Below, in pieces: positions 43,458-52,399 of a stretch of 64,000 nucleotides of DNA (positions are counted from its first letter, which is position 1; every line of letters starts with the position of its first letter). The notes beneath the pieces were generated by a model. The model did no database searches and was not told where the DNA came from. It saw only the letters and a list, made by a program, of their open reading frames with translations. The stretch lies in assembly GCA_964503615.1 (NCBI GenBank), contig CAZDBA010000003.1:216-64215 (forward strand), read 5' to 3'. The stretch is from an uncultured Pirellulaceae bacterium. Its GTDB lineage: Bacteria; Planctomycetota; Planctomycetia; Pirellulales; Pirellulaceae. Made by a program: the position numbers and the translations under genes.

Positions 43458-44291
43458 ATGAACGAGCCAACAACAAACAGTAAAGTCGATACGAGAATGA
43501 CTCCTCTGCCCTGCATCGACATCGGTGCCAACCTGACCAGCCACCAATTCGACAATGATGTCGAGAACGTCATTGCCGAATCTCGAGATGCGGGGTTAGT
43601 TCGAGTTGTCTTGACCGGTTCCAGCGAAAAGACCAGCGAGCGGTCGGTTGAAATTTGCAAAAACCATCCTGGATTTTTGTACTGCACTGCGGGCATCCAT
43701 CCGCATGATGCAAAAGAATTTGACTCGATCACCACAATGGCCGCTTTGCGAATACTGTATCCGCTGCCCGAAGTGGTCGCGGTCGGAGAATGCGGGTTGG
43801 ATTACAACCGGAACTATTCGCCGCATGAAGCGCAAAAAGTTTGTTTTGCGGGGCACTTGGAACTGGCTGCGGAAAATCAACTACCGCTGTTTCTGCACGA
43901 GCGAGATGCGCACGACGACTTTCTGGCCATGATGACCGCTGCCAGAGACTCGATTTCGCGAGGCGTGGTGCATTGCTTTACAGGGACCACCGAAGCAGCT
44001 CGAGCATATTTGGATTTAGATTTACATTTAGGGATCACAGGCTGGATTTGTGACGAGCGTCGTGGAATACACTTGCGCGAGCTGGTCAAGATGATTCCCG
44101 TAGATCGTTTGATGATAGAAACCGATTCACCCTATCTGGCACCCCGTGACTACCGCCCAAAAATCAGACGAAACGAGCCCAAGTATCTTCCGCATATTTT
44201 GAAGACGGTAGCGGAGTGTCGAGGCGAATCGCCGGAAGAGTTGGGAGAAGCGATTATGAAAACGACACTTGAGTTTTTTGAGATCGAGTGA
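43458..44291 (+). CDS. tatD: TatD family hydrolase
   Basis: IDIGANL, GIHPHD, VAVGECGLDY, LPLFLHERDA, ETDSPYL. Confidence 0.85.
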   Translation: MNEPTTNSKVDTRMTPLPCIDIGANLTSHQFDNDVENVIAESRDAGLVRVVLTGSSEKTSERSVEICKNHPGFLYCTAGIHPHDAKEFDSITTMAALRILYPLPEVVAVGECGLDYNRNYSPHEAQKVCFAGHLELAAENQLPLFLHERDAHDDFLAMMTAARDSISRGVVHCFTGTTEAARAYLDLDLHLGITGWICDERRGIHLRELVKMIPVDRLMIETDSPYLAPRDYRPKIRRNEPKYLPHILKTVAECRGESPEELGEAIMKTTLEFFEIE

Positions 44292-44491
44292 AGAGATACC
44301 TTTGCTGAAGCCGCCTTTAAGCGTTAAGGTATCTTTAACTTCGCACCACCACCCACCCTTCGAAGGTTTGACGAGAGGGGCAAAAGAAAAGAGGATTCTA
44401 TTTCGCATTGCGCACCAATAATCGGATGTGGCCTGCGAAACGCTTTACAAAGAGCTTAGAATTCGCTTTCTTTTCTCCCACCTCAACAAAC

Positions 44492-46378
44492 ATGCAGTTT
44501 AACGAACTTCGATTTGAAAAAGACGCGAAATCTACACGCTGGATTTTGCCAACCCGCCAACTGGACGATGTGGCCAAATATGGCTGGGGCCTAATCGCAG
44601 CAGGGCTGATTCTAACCCTGTTTATGGTGTTCTGGATTGCGACGCCACTTTCCTGGGGTGTCGACCTGATTCGGCAAAAAGTCATGTTCGGTTGGCTTTT
44701 TGTTTTATTCTCTGCAACGGGGCTCGGTGGTTTGTTCTTTGGGATCCGGTTTCTGGTACTGGGCTTTAACATCAAGAACAACCGATCGCGTGTGGAGCTT
44801 TCCATACGGAACAACAAACTTATCAGCACAGAAAAGCTGGGGTGGTTCGATTGGCGTCGCAAAGTTCGTTTGGATTCGATCGATGAATTGGAAATCAAAA
44901 ACGGCAAGAAGCTAAAAAGGGAGAGTAAACAAACAGACGGTTGGCATGCACTGGACGACACTATAGGTTTCGTCGCAAAATGTGGCGACAAGCCGTTTCT
45001 AGTAATGCTCGGGTATTCCGAAGAGATAACGGTACAAGTGGCTGATCAGCTCGCGGCCGAAATCGGCAAGTCGGTTTCGTATCAGAGCAAAAAGCGGACC
45101 CGCGATTCGGAGGCGGTATTGACAGCACCGGCTGTCGACAGATCGTCGAGGTTTGAGACCGAAAATAGATCTACCGATCATCCTGTTCCCGTAACGGTGG
45201 TAACGGAAGACGATAGCCAGCCTGCAAAACCCACGACCAGCAATATCGTTGTTCATGAAAAACCAGACGGAACCATTGCTTACGAAGTTCCCAAGGTCGG
45301 AGTCGTAAAAGGCTCGCACGGGATATTCTGGTTCTCGATTGCTTGGCTGGCGTTCTGTTCGGTCTTTTTCGGATTCTTTTTATTGGCTGAACCGGAAGGT
45401 GGTGAGGGCCAACCTTGGGTCGCAATAGGGCTCTTTGCGTTACTTTTTATTGGTATTGGAGTCGCGCTGCTGGTTTATGCGATCAACTTGGGCACTCGCC
45501 AAGTGATGATCGGCGTAACACACAGCGGGTTGTTTATCGAGCGGAAGTCGATCTTGGGTACGAAGTGGTTTGAGTTTGACCGAGATAAAGTGGTCAACAT
45601 AGATGTCGGTCCCAGCGGGCAAGAAGTAAACGAAAAACCAATCAACGAACTTCAGATCATGCATCCTACCGGCAAAAAGACTGGGTTACTAAGGCATCTA
45701 AACGATGACGAGCTAGATTGGCTCGTCCATTCACTGAGTTTGAACATGGGACTCCAGCCGCCGGGACTGGATGGTGTTTCGTGGCAAGCGATGGTGCGGA
45801 ATATGGATATCGACAACCTTCAATTTCCCGCTGCCTCTCGAATCGTAATAGATGAAACTTCGAGAGGTTTGGAGATTCGTGTCCCCAGTCAATACGTTTC
45901 CAAAGGGTTTCTGTTTATGACCTTTTTGGGAAGCGTTTTTGCGATGATAGGCGCCGCCATGGTCATCTGGCTTCCGCCAATCTCAGCAAAGTTATTTGGC
46001 TGTGTGTTTGGTTTGATAGGTTTGGCGGCCGCATTCATCTCGATCTATTTTGGAACTAGAAGGTTCGAGATTCGCGTCGAACCGAAACAGTTGGAAATCG
46101 ATCGTTTTTGGTTACTGGGTTCCGATTCGTTTACGTGGGACAGGTCTGAAATCAAGTCGATCGAACTGGCCTTTAGCGGTACAAGGGCAAACTCTGAAAA
46201 GCTGTATCAGTTGGTCATACGCAGCACCATTGGGAATTCGAATCCAACAAAAAAGTCGCTTAAATTGATGACCTATCGCTCTACTCAGGAGATCGGAATA
46301 GCGGCAGCAATCCTCAACCGAGAATTGCGGATGGACTTCGTAGATCAGGCTGTGCCTGACGAAACGAATCGCGGATAA
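44492..46378 (+). CDS. hypothetical membrane protein built from three [TM hairpin + beta-rich about 80-aa domain] modules
   Basis: Three internally similar segments (see finding). ATG at 44492. Confidence 0.65.
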   Translation: MQFNELRFEKDAKSTRWILPTRQLDDVAKYGWGLIAAGLILTLFMVFWIATPLSWGVDLIRQKVMFGWLFVLFSATGLGGLFFGIRFLVLGFNIKNNRSRVELSIRNNKLISTEKLGWFDWRRKVRLDSIDELEIKNGKKLKRESKQTDGWHALDDTIGFVAKCGDKPFLVMLGYSEEITVQVADQLAAEIGKSVSYQSKKRTRDSEAVLTAPAVDRSSRFETENRSTDHPVPVTVVTEDDSQPAKPTTSNIVVHEKPDGTIAYEVPKVGVVKGSHGIFWFSIAWLAFCSVFFGFFLLAEPEGGEGQPWVAIGLFALLFIGIGVALLVYAINLGTRQVMIGVTHSGLFIERKSILGTKWFEFDRDKVVNIDVGPSGQEVNEKPINELQIMHPTGKKTGLLRHLNDDELDWLVHSLSLNMGLQPPGLDGVSWQAMVRNMDIDNLQFPAASRIVIDETSRGLEIRVPSQYVSKGFLFMTFLGSVFAMIGAAMVIWLPPISAKLFGCVFGLIGLAAAFISIYFGTRRFEIRVEPKQLEIDRFWLLGSDSFTWDRSEIKSIELAFSGTRANSEKLYQLVIRSTIGNSNPTKKSLKLMTYRSTQEIGIAAAILNRELRMDFVDQAVPDETNRG

Positions 46379-46420
46379 ACTTCGAATAGTTTGCAGGTTG
46401 TGCGTCTATCCGACGAAAAA

Positions 46421-46446
46421 GGCCGCAAGACGATCGTCTTGCGGCC
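46421..46446. terminator. bidirectional terminator (perfect 26-nt palindrome)
   Basis: GGCCGCAAGACGA / TCGTCTTGCGGCC, flanked by AAAAA upstream and ATTTT downstream. Sits between convergent genes. Confidence 0.8.
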
Positions 46447-46519
46447 TAAATTTTACGAATGGTAAAACGTGTTTACCGTTGCGAGTTTGCCTCGGTTCGT
46501 TGAATTGTTGGTGCGACAA

Positions 46520-47095
46520 TTAAGCCTGTACCATTTCTTCAACTTCCTTTGCCAATCGCTTTCGAGCCACGTGCAAACGTCGCTTGATAGTACCAATAGG
46601 AGCGTCGAATTCGTCGCTCATTTGGATCAAGCTCTGACCCCGAACGTAAAACGCTTCAAGGGTTTCGCGGTCCATGTCTCGCAAACGCCCCAAGCCCTCA
46701 CGGACTTGATCTTCCCGCTCTGCTGTCAACGCGTCGTCCAAAGGCGAACGGTCGGTTGCCAAAGTTGCAGCCAACATTTCGGGCTCTACAGAGACCGAAG
46801 GTGCTCGCCGAACGGCTCGATTGATTGACATGCGAACGGTAATCGAACGCAACCAACCCGCAAAGCACTCAGGTTGACGCAACTGGGTCAGTTTTTGCAT
46901 TGCCTGAACAAATACATCTTGAGCCAATTCTTGAGCGTCAGTCATGTTGCGCAGTCGTCGCATTGCGATGGCAATTACGACGGGCTGGAATCGCTCGTAC
47001 AACAGGCCAAATGCAACCTGGTCGCCGCCTTGAGCAGCAATTACCAATTCACCAGTGGTTCGGATTTCTTCGATTTGCTTATCTACAGCGTTCAT
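46520..47095 (-). CDS. ECF-type RNA polymerase sigma factor
   Basis: Sigma-70 region 2 (AQELAQDVFVQA...FAGWL) and region 4 (IGTIKRRLHVARKRL). About 190 aa. Confidence 0.85.
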   Translation of the reverse strand: MNAVDKQIEEIRTTGELVIAAQGGDQVAFGLLYERFQPVVIAIAMRRLRNMTDAQELAQDVFVQAMQKLTQLRQPECFAGWLRSITVRMSINRAVRRAPSVSVEPEMLAATLATDRSPLDDALTAEREDQVREGLGRLRDMDRETLEAFYVRGQSLIQMSDEFDAPIGTIKRRLHVARKRLAKEVEEMVQA

Positions 47096-47288
47096 AGTTT
47101 CTCTTCCTTTTTAGGCAACGCGAGACATACGGAAATCGCGCGCTGTGTATTTGTTCGATGCAAAGCTCGGATAAGGAGTAAACTGCGACATGCAAAATCC
47201 GTGTTGAGGATATGCAAGTGCACTCGTTACCGAACCAGCGACTAAAAGCCAGGCGGTAGATCAGATTTCAAGTTGTGGCAAAAAAGCC

Positions 47289-47618
47289 CTAACTGAGTCC
47301 GATCCCGGCGATGGCAAGACTTGTCCCGCGGTTTTCATAACCACCGGGCAAACCCACGGTCCGCTGGCCGTTGGGATCTTGCGTGGCAGACATCACCGTG
47401 GACATTTGTTTATGTCCCGGCTTTATGCCTGCCAGAAAATCCCTGACTCTGGCGGAGACCGGCCCTGGCAACGGATTCGTTGCTTGGGATAGCCAGACGC
47501 AAATACGTTCGAGGCGTAACGAGCAGAATGAGTAGCTACGCTGCACCTCAAAACCGGCGCCGGTGATCGCACTAAAGCTGATCGAATTGACTTGTTGGTT
47601 TGATTTGATGAAACGCAT
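47289..47618 (-). CDS. hypothetical protein (weak call)
   Basis: Only an ORF. No motifs and no obvious ribosome-binding site. Confidence 0.2.
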   Translation of the reverse strand: MRFIKSNQQVNSISFSAITGAGFEVQRSYSFCSLRLERICVWLSQATNPLPGPVSARVRDFLAGIKPGHKQMSTVMSATQDPNGQRTVGLPGGYENRGTSLAIAGIGLS

Positions 47619-47809
47619 TTCACTACTCCACGTGCTGTTACGCACAATTAAGAGAGAGAACTTAATAATTCCCAAGCTCGGAAAATGACTTTCCGATTAA
47701 ACTTGGATGCAAAAGTCTGAAACTGAGTGGCTTGAAGATTCCAAAACGGCTTTTCGGAAATTCAATGGAGAGCCTGCGAAGCACACCTGCCATCAATTTG
47801 TAACTTTTG

Positions 47810-47837
47810 CAAAAATGCCCATAACCTTTTCATGGGC
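47810..47837 (-). terminator. rho-independent terminator (minus strand) ending the pepC...VOC operon
   Basis: 7-bp stem TGCCCAT / ATGGGCA with a 9-nt loop. On the minus strand it is followed by TTTTT (the plus-strand A-run at 47810-47814). Confidence 0.6.
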
Positions 47838-47981
47838 AACGACCTCTAAGACGCGATCGTTTAACACAGGTTCGGAGGTTTAAGCGATATCTTGGAAGTT
47901 TATTTGAAAAAGTTCAAAATAGCTGCTGAGACGCATTTTCCCCACGAAATTCGGGCTCTTAACTCCGCTCACTGCGGGCTA

Positions 47982-48452
47982 TCAAAGCGCAAAAAGCTCG
48001 ACCAAATGACCATCGGGGTCATAAAAGTACATCTGCTGTGGCCCGTCAGGCCGCGTTTTAGGGCCATCCACGATTTCGATACCGGCCTCATGCAACACTT
48101 CGACCGCGAGATCAATGTCGTCGACCTGAAAAGCAAAATGATGACCTCGGGATGTCTTTGCAACCTTTCGGTCCGCCCAGCCAGCCAAACCGGAGTCTTG
48201 ATCAGACAACGTGATATGAATCTGCGTTGCCCCGGATTGGAACCAGGCACCGGGGAAACTGAAAGCGGGGCGCGGGACTTCGTTCATCCCAAGCAAGTCG
48301 ACGTAAAATTTACGCGACGCTTCGACGTCAGCAACGACCAAAGTGATGTGGTCGATAGGAGAAACTTGGATAGATTTAGAGTTTGTCACAAGCAGAAGTA
48401 TACACAAAACTGTCCAAAACTGACACGTACCAAACCAGAATCTGGTTAGCAC
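47982..48452 (-). CDS. VOC superfamily protein (glyoxalase / bleomycin-resistance / dioxygenase fold) with a hydrophobic N-terminus
   Basis: IDHITLVVADVEASRKFYVDLLGM...GHHFAFQVDD...YFYDPDGHLVEL. GTG start is uncertain. Confidence 0.75.
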   Translation of the reverse strand: MLTRFWFGTCQFWTVLCILLLVTNSKSIQVSPIDHITLVVADVEASRKFYVDLLGMNEVPRPAFSFPGAWFQSGATQIHITLSDQDSGLAGWADRKVAKTSRGHHFAFQVDDIDLAVEVLHEAGIEIVDGPKTRPDGPQQMYFYDPDGHLVELFAL

Positions 48453-48492
48453 CTAACAGCAAAATGCTACTCAGGCAAACCCGTTGCCCCTT

Positions 48493-49329
48493 CTAAAGGG
48501 CAGCTTTGCTCCAGCCTTGCCACCACTTCTTCTTCTGAGGGTTCTTTACAGTTTGGCCCCAAGGTTTGCCGTTGGTGCCGATACAACCTTGCATTTTGGC
48601 GTAAGTGAAATCAGCTCGCAAGATTTTTGCGTCTGTCATATTAGCACCTTCGAAATCCACATAAACAAAGCTGCCTGTGGAAAGATCCGCACCATATAGA
48701 TTTGAATTCTTTAGATTGGCACGTTGAAAATTGGCTCGGATCTCGGCGAACGAAAAATCGGAGCCGGAAAAGTCAACTTTGGTGCAGTCAGCGCCGTTCA
48801 ACTTGGAGTGGCGGAACTTGACATTTTTCCCAACAGCATTGGAAAAGTCGGCAACCTCAAAGATCGCATCCGAAAAATTAGCTTCGTCAAAGACAGTATT
48901 AGAAAAATTTGCCCGACGCAAAACCGAATTTTTGACTAGGCTTTTTCCCAAGTTGCAACCGCTGAAATCAGCATCGGTGAGGTTACAACTAATAAAGCCC
49001 ACCCCTCGCATATCCTGGCCTACAAAACTGGCCCCAGATAAATTGACGCCATTTATCTTTCGCCCAGCGAGCGAATCCGCCTTATTTAACCTGGCAAGCA
49101 CCTTGCCAGAAGATTTATGTTTAATCTCAAGCACAATACATCTCCCATAACCAATCACCGTATCGCTACGACGAAAGTAAACTACCTCACTCAGAGCAAC
49201 TTCGAATTTGCCTTTTCGTGCCCCTAACCTTTCGGCTAGAGACAATTCTGCTCGTCTAAATATTGATAGTCCGCATTTCTCAAATTTAGTTCGATGATGC
49301 GGTTGAAATGTTGTTTGATTTCTGGTCAA
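48493..49329 (-). CDS. pentapeptide-repeat protein with a roughly 95-aa non-repeat N-terminal domain
   Basis: Long run of A(D/N)LxX-type pentapeptides (ANFSNTVFDEANFSDAIFEVADFSNAV...). TTG start overlaps the upstream stop (TTGA). Confidence 0.75.
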   Translation of the reverse strand: MTRNQTTFQPHHRTKFEKCGLSIFRRAELSLAERLGARKGKFEVALSEVVYFRRSDTVIGYGRCIVLEIKHKSSGKVLARLNKADSLAGRKINGVNLSGASFVGQDMRGVGFISCNLTDADFSGCNLGKSLVKNSVLRRANFSNTVFDEANFSDAIFEVADFSNAVGKNVKFRHSKLNGADCTKVDFSGSDFSFAEIRANFQRANLKNSNLYGADLSTGSFVYVDFEGANMTDAKILRADFTYAKMQGCIGTNGKPWGQTVKNPQKKKWWQGWSKAAL

Positions 49330-49529
49330 TGACCAGTTTTATTCGATTCTAAAGTCACACCTCTTGGGAATGCAAAATTATTTACCAATAATTTTGATAG
49401 GGAACCGATTCCCAATCGGTCTAATTGCTTCCACAACACCGTTAAATCACGACAATGAATCTGTAATGGCGTACGAGTGGACATTGGACAAATTACATCC
49501 GTGATCGCTGTATTTTGCCTAATCTGCAT
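49326..49529 (-). CDS. small hypothetical protein (67 aa), translationally coupled on both sides
   Basis: Its ATG overlaps the upstream TAA (TAATG at 49527-49531). Its TGA overlaps the downstream TTG. Confidence 0.35.
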   Translation of the reverse strand: MQIRQNTAITDVICPMSTRTPLQIHCRDLTVLWKQLDRLGIGSLSKLLVNNFAFPRGVTLESNKTGH

Positions 49530-50317
49530 TAGTTTTTTGCCGCCTGCTCTTCAATCCCTCGATACGTTGCCAAAGAGACTCGTTCGAATTGCATCCAGTG
49601 TATTTTTGCCTTCTTAATTCGTACCTGATCTTCGTCGGACAACTCCCATCCAGCAGTGTGTTTTGACTTTGCCTGGAACTCTTCTTTGGAAATCGTCCCG
49701 GCGCGATACCGAACTTCGATTTCCGAAGGAAACAAACCGTTGCGCTGAATTTCCTGGTTGAGAGCAAGTCGCGGGAACGGAGGAAGCCGACTTGGATCGG
49801 ACGCACTCAATCGCGTCAGTTGGTCCATCGAATCAAAATAGCTGCCTAGATCAGCAGTATTGCCCGGTTGAGAGCCCGTAGCCTGATACGTCATATCATC
49901 ATTGGAAAGGGTTACGATCCCTTTGTCGTGATCAACCTCTGTTTCGAATTCCGGATTCAGCAGAAAGTTTGTGTCCTCATTGACCTCAGCTACCCCTCGC
50001 AGGTTCTCCACCATTTTTAACAATTGGAACTCAGCAATGTCGGTACGAAGTTCTCGCTCGAGATCCAGAAGCACGAACTGTCGAGTTCGCAGATCAAAGA
50101 TCACGATTTCAGTAACCTGCTTGCTATTGTCTTTCGCGAATTGAAAGTCGTATGTGATTTGGCCATTGAACAACGTCAGGTTCTCGGAAACCGGCGTCTC
50201 TGTTCCTTCCACAAAGACTTGAGACTCAACGCGTAAATCCTGCGCCAATACTCCAGAAGCGTAAATGGAGATCAAGATACTGGTTACTACCGAAATGATT
50301 CGATTGTAAAGAGTCAT
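49529..50317 (-). CDS. hypothetical secreted protein
   Basis: Signal peptide MTLYNRIISVVTSILISIYASGVLAQ. No family recognised. Confidence 0.6.
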   Translation of the reverse strand: MTLYNRIISVVTSILISIYASGVLAQDLRVESQVFVEGTETPVSENLTLFNGQITYDFQFAKDNSKQVTEIVIFDLRTRQFVLLDLERELRTDIAEFQLLKMVENLRGVAEVNEDTNFLLNPEFETEVDHDKGIVTLSNDDMTYQATGSQPGNTADLGSYFDSMDQLTRLSASDPSRLPPFPRLALNQEIQRNGLFPSEIEVRYRAGTISKEEFQAKSKHTAGWELSDEDQVRIKKAKIHWMQFERVSLATYRGIEEQAAKN

Positions 50318-50437
50318 TTTCCCAAGCCCGTAAAGTTGCGAAATATTTCGTCGCAACGTTAGAAAATTGAGGGTTGGGTGTCTATGTCCGTCTACGTCGC
50401 AAGCGGTTTGAGAATGCTCTGCTAGCGACCAGTCGAT

Positions 50438-50911
50438 TCACTCCTCCGTCATGACACTTTGTTCGGTGGGGCAAGATGTTTGAGCGAATTGACGAATCTG
50501 CGTTGAGGCCAAGCCGGTCAAGAACGCGAGCTTGATCAACTCCAAACCGATGTAAACCAAGTGCCAAGGGGAATCGGGGAGTTCTTCACCAGCGATCTTG
50601 GCTAGTGTTCGCTCATCTAAAATTCCAAACAGCATCCAAGTCTGAACGGCCAGTATTGCTATCGCAATTCCAGCAACGCAAAGGCACAGAGCGGAAGGGC
50701 GAGTTGCGAACAGGCTGATCGCGATAATGGTGGCAAAACCGATTTCGGCATAGTTTAACGCATGAAAAACACGATGGCCGATCGCAAGCACATCCGCTTG
50801 TTTGAGTGACTCGACCTGAAATCGGACCGGTGTTTCTACAAAACTAATCGCGAGAATAAAACCAATCCACAGCAGTGTGATCGCAAAGGAGTATCGGAAC
50901 ACGTTTAGCAA
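50438..50911 (-). CDS. hypothetical 4-TM membrane protein
   Basis: Four hydrophobic helices. Starts 14 nt after the pepC stop. Confidence 0.55.
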   Translation of the reverse strand: MLNVFRYSFAITLLWIGFILAISFVETPVRFQVESLKQADVLAIGHRVFHALNYAEIGFATIIAISLFATRPSALCLCVAGIAIAILAVQTWMLFGILDERTLAKIAGEELPDSPWHLVYIGLELIKLAFLTGLASTQIRQFAQTSCPTEQSVMTEE

Positions 50912-50925
50912 TACGTTTACCTGCT

Positions 50926-52185
50926 CTACTTGGCCGCTTGGGGCTTTTCAGGTTTGGTTTCTGGAACCGCATCCTTGTGCAACGTAATCGCGATCGTTTT
51001 GGCTCGCACATAGGTTTCAGACATATAGAGGTAGCCATCCCGCTCTCCGGTCTCGCCCCATGAATTTTTGATGATGTAATACTTCGTTCCATTTTGGTCC
51101 GTCGCAACACCAGTTAGATGCATGAGGTGGTCATCGGTCAAAGTATGATTCTCAAACGTCTCTTGACGCATGTCCTGAGTGACTTCGATCTCATCAACAG
51201 GCATCCTAAGGGACTTTCGGCGGCCCTCTTCGGTTGGCATAACGGCTAGACCGCGAGCTTGATTAAAACCGCTCTCGCTAACATCTCCGTCCCAGGCAAC
51301 CGTAAATCCATTTTCCAAAGCATTGTCAATCGTTTCAACCAGTTGATCAATGGGAACATTCATGAACGAGCCACTGGAAAAATTGTCAGGAATTTCCAAA
51401 ACGAATTCTCGTCCAAACGGGTGATGGTTGAACGAAGTGATGCTCACATAGTTGTCTTCCGAAAATCCAATCGACTCAGCGAACGATTTAGGTGTGTAGC
51501 TTTTCTTTTGATACTCAAATTTTTCAGGAGCCGAACCCAAGTACGTATCGATCACGGCACCAAAAGCCTTTTTCCATTTAGGCGAAAGACTCCGTCGTTT
51601 CACAATTCCGTCCAGAAACCCTGTTAGAGCAGCAGCCATTTCAGCGTGGTCATGTTTTGTGACACCTTCATCCAACCCATCGTAAACTTGTTCGGGAACC
51701 AGTCCGTGTCGCGACGCAGCGCGGATGAAATCATGAGCCAGCGCCCCTTCGCTAAAGTTCGTTTTTCCGCTTCGGTGGACGTAATTAAACGCCTTGTCCA
51801 TGTAGATGTTTCTAACGATGAACATTTCCGAAAAGTTGTATTCGCCTTTTCCTTCTCGCAATAACTCGGATTCAAGAAACGATGCGGAAGCAAAACACCA
51901 GCAAGTTCCCGTCACGCCCTGATTCTTGACCGGTGTCGTATCGTGGTTGTGCTGGATCGTGAACTCGTAAGATTTGGGAACTGGTTTCTCTGCTTCCTTT
52001 TCCGGCTCTTGTTCCGGTTCAGCGTCGGCCGGAGCGGCGGGCTCTACCTCTTCGGTTTCAACTGCCTCAACTCTATCTTCTACTTGCTCTCCAGCGGGGG
52101 CCGGTTCAGTCTCAACCTGAGCCGAAGCTGTTAAAGCAAACGAAAATGCCAAAACGAATATTAGAGTGATTTCACGAATGTTCAT
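50926..52185 (-). CDS. pepC: C1-family cysteine peptidase, aminopeptidase C / bleomycin hydrolase-like (C1B), with a signal peptide and an acidic linker
   Basis: QGVTGTCWCFASASFLESE catalytic Cys context. Signal MNIREITLIFVLAFSFALTASAQ. ATG at 52185. Confidence 0.8.
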   Translation of the reverse strand: MNIREITLIFVLAFSFALTASAQVETEPAPAGEQVEDRVEAVETEEVEPAAPADAEPEQEPEKEAEKPVPKSYEFTIQHNHDTTPVKNQGVTGTCWCFASASFLESELLREGKGEYNFSEMFIVRNIYMDKAFNYVHRSGKTNFSEGALAHDFIRAASRHGLVPEQVYDGLDEGVTKHDHAEMAAALTGFLDGIVKRRSLSPKWKKAFGAVIDTYLGSAPEKFEYQKKSYTPKSFAESIGFSEDNYVSITSFNHHPFGREFVLEIPDNFSSGSFMNVPIDQLVETIDNALENGFTVAWDGDVSESGFNQARGLAVMPTEEGRRKSLRMPVDEIEVTQDMRQETFENHTLTDDHLMHLTGVATDQNGTKYYIIKNSWGETGERDGYLYMSETYVRAKTIAITLHKDAVPETKPEKPQAAK

Positions 52186-52399
52186 TATTGATCTCAAAGT
52201 TTCAAAATTCCATTGCCGGCGACGGACATTGTAATCATATCCTCTAAAAGCCAATACGCCATCGAGAATCCGCTCCGAAAGCCACCTTGAATGCTCAAAA
52301 TGGGCGATCTTTCACGAAGGTTTGTTTTGGCTTGTTGAATTTGGTTAACCCGATTACCCTCATGTTCGCTTTGAATTTAACCAACCACTCGATGTAAAA

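Noticed and set aside
44398-44991. 197-aa minus-strand ORF
   Set aside because: It overlaps the 5-prime part of the three-module membrane protein gene. No motifs. The plus-strand gene shows consistent TM and repeat organisation.
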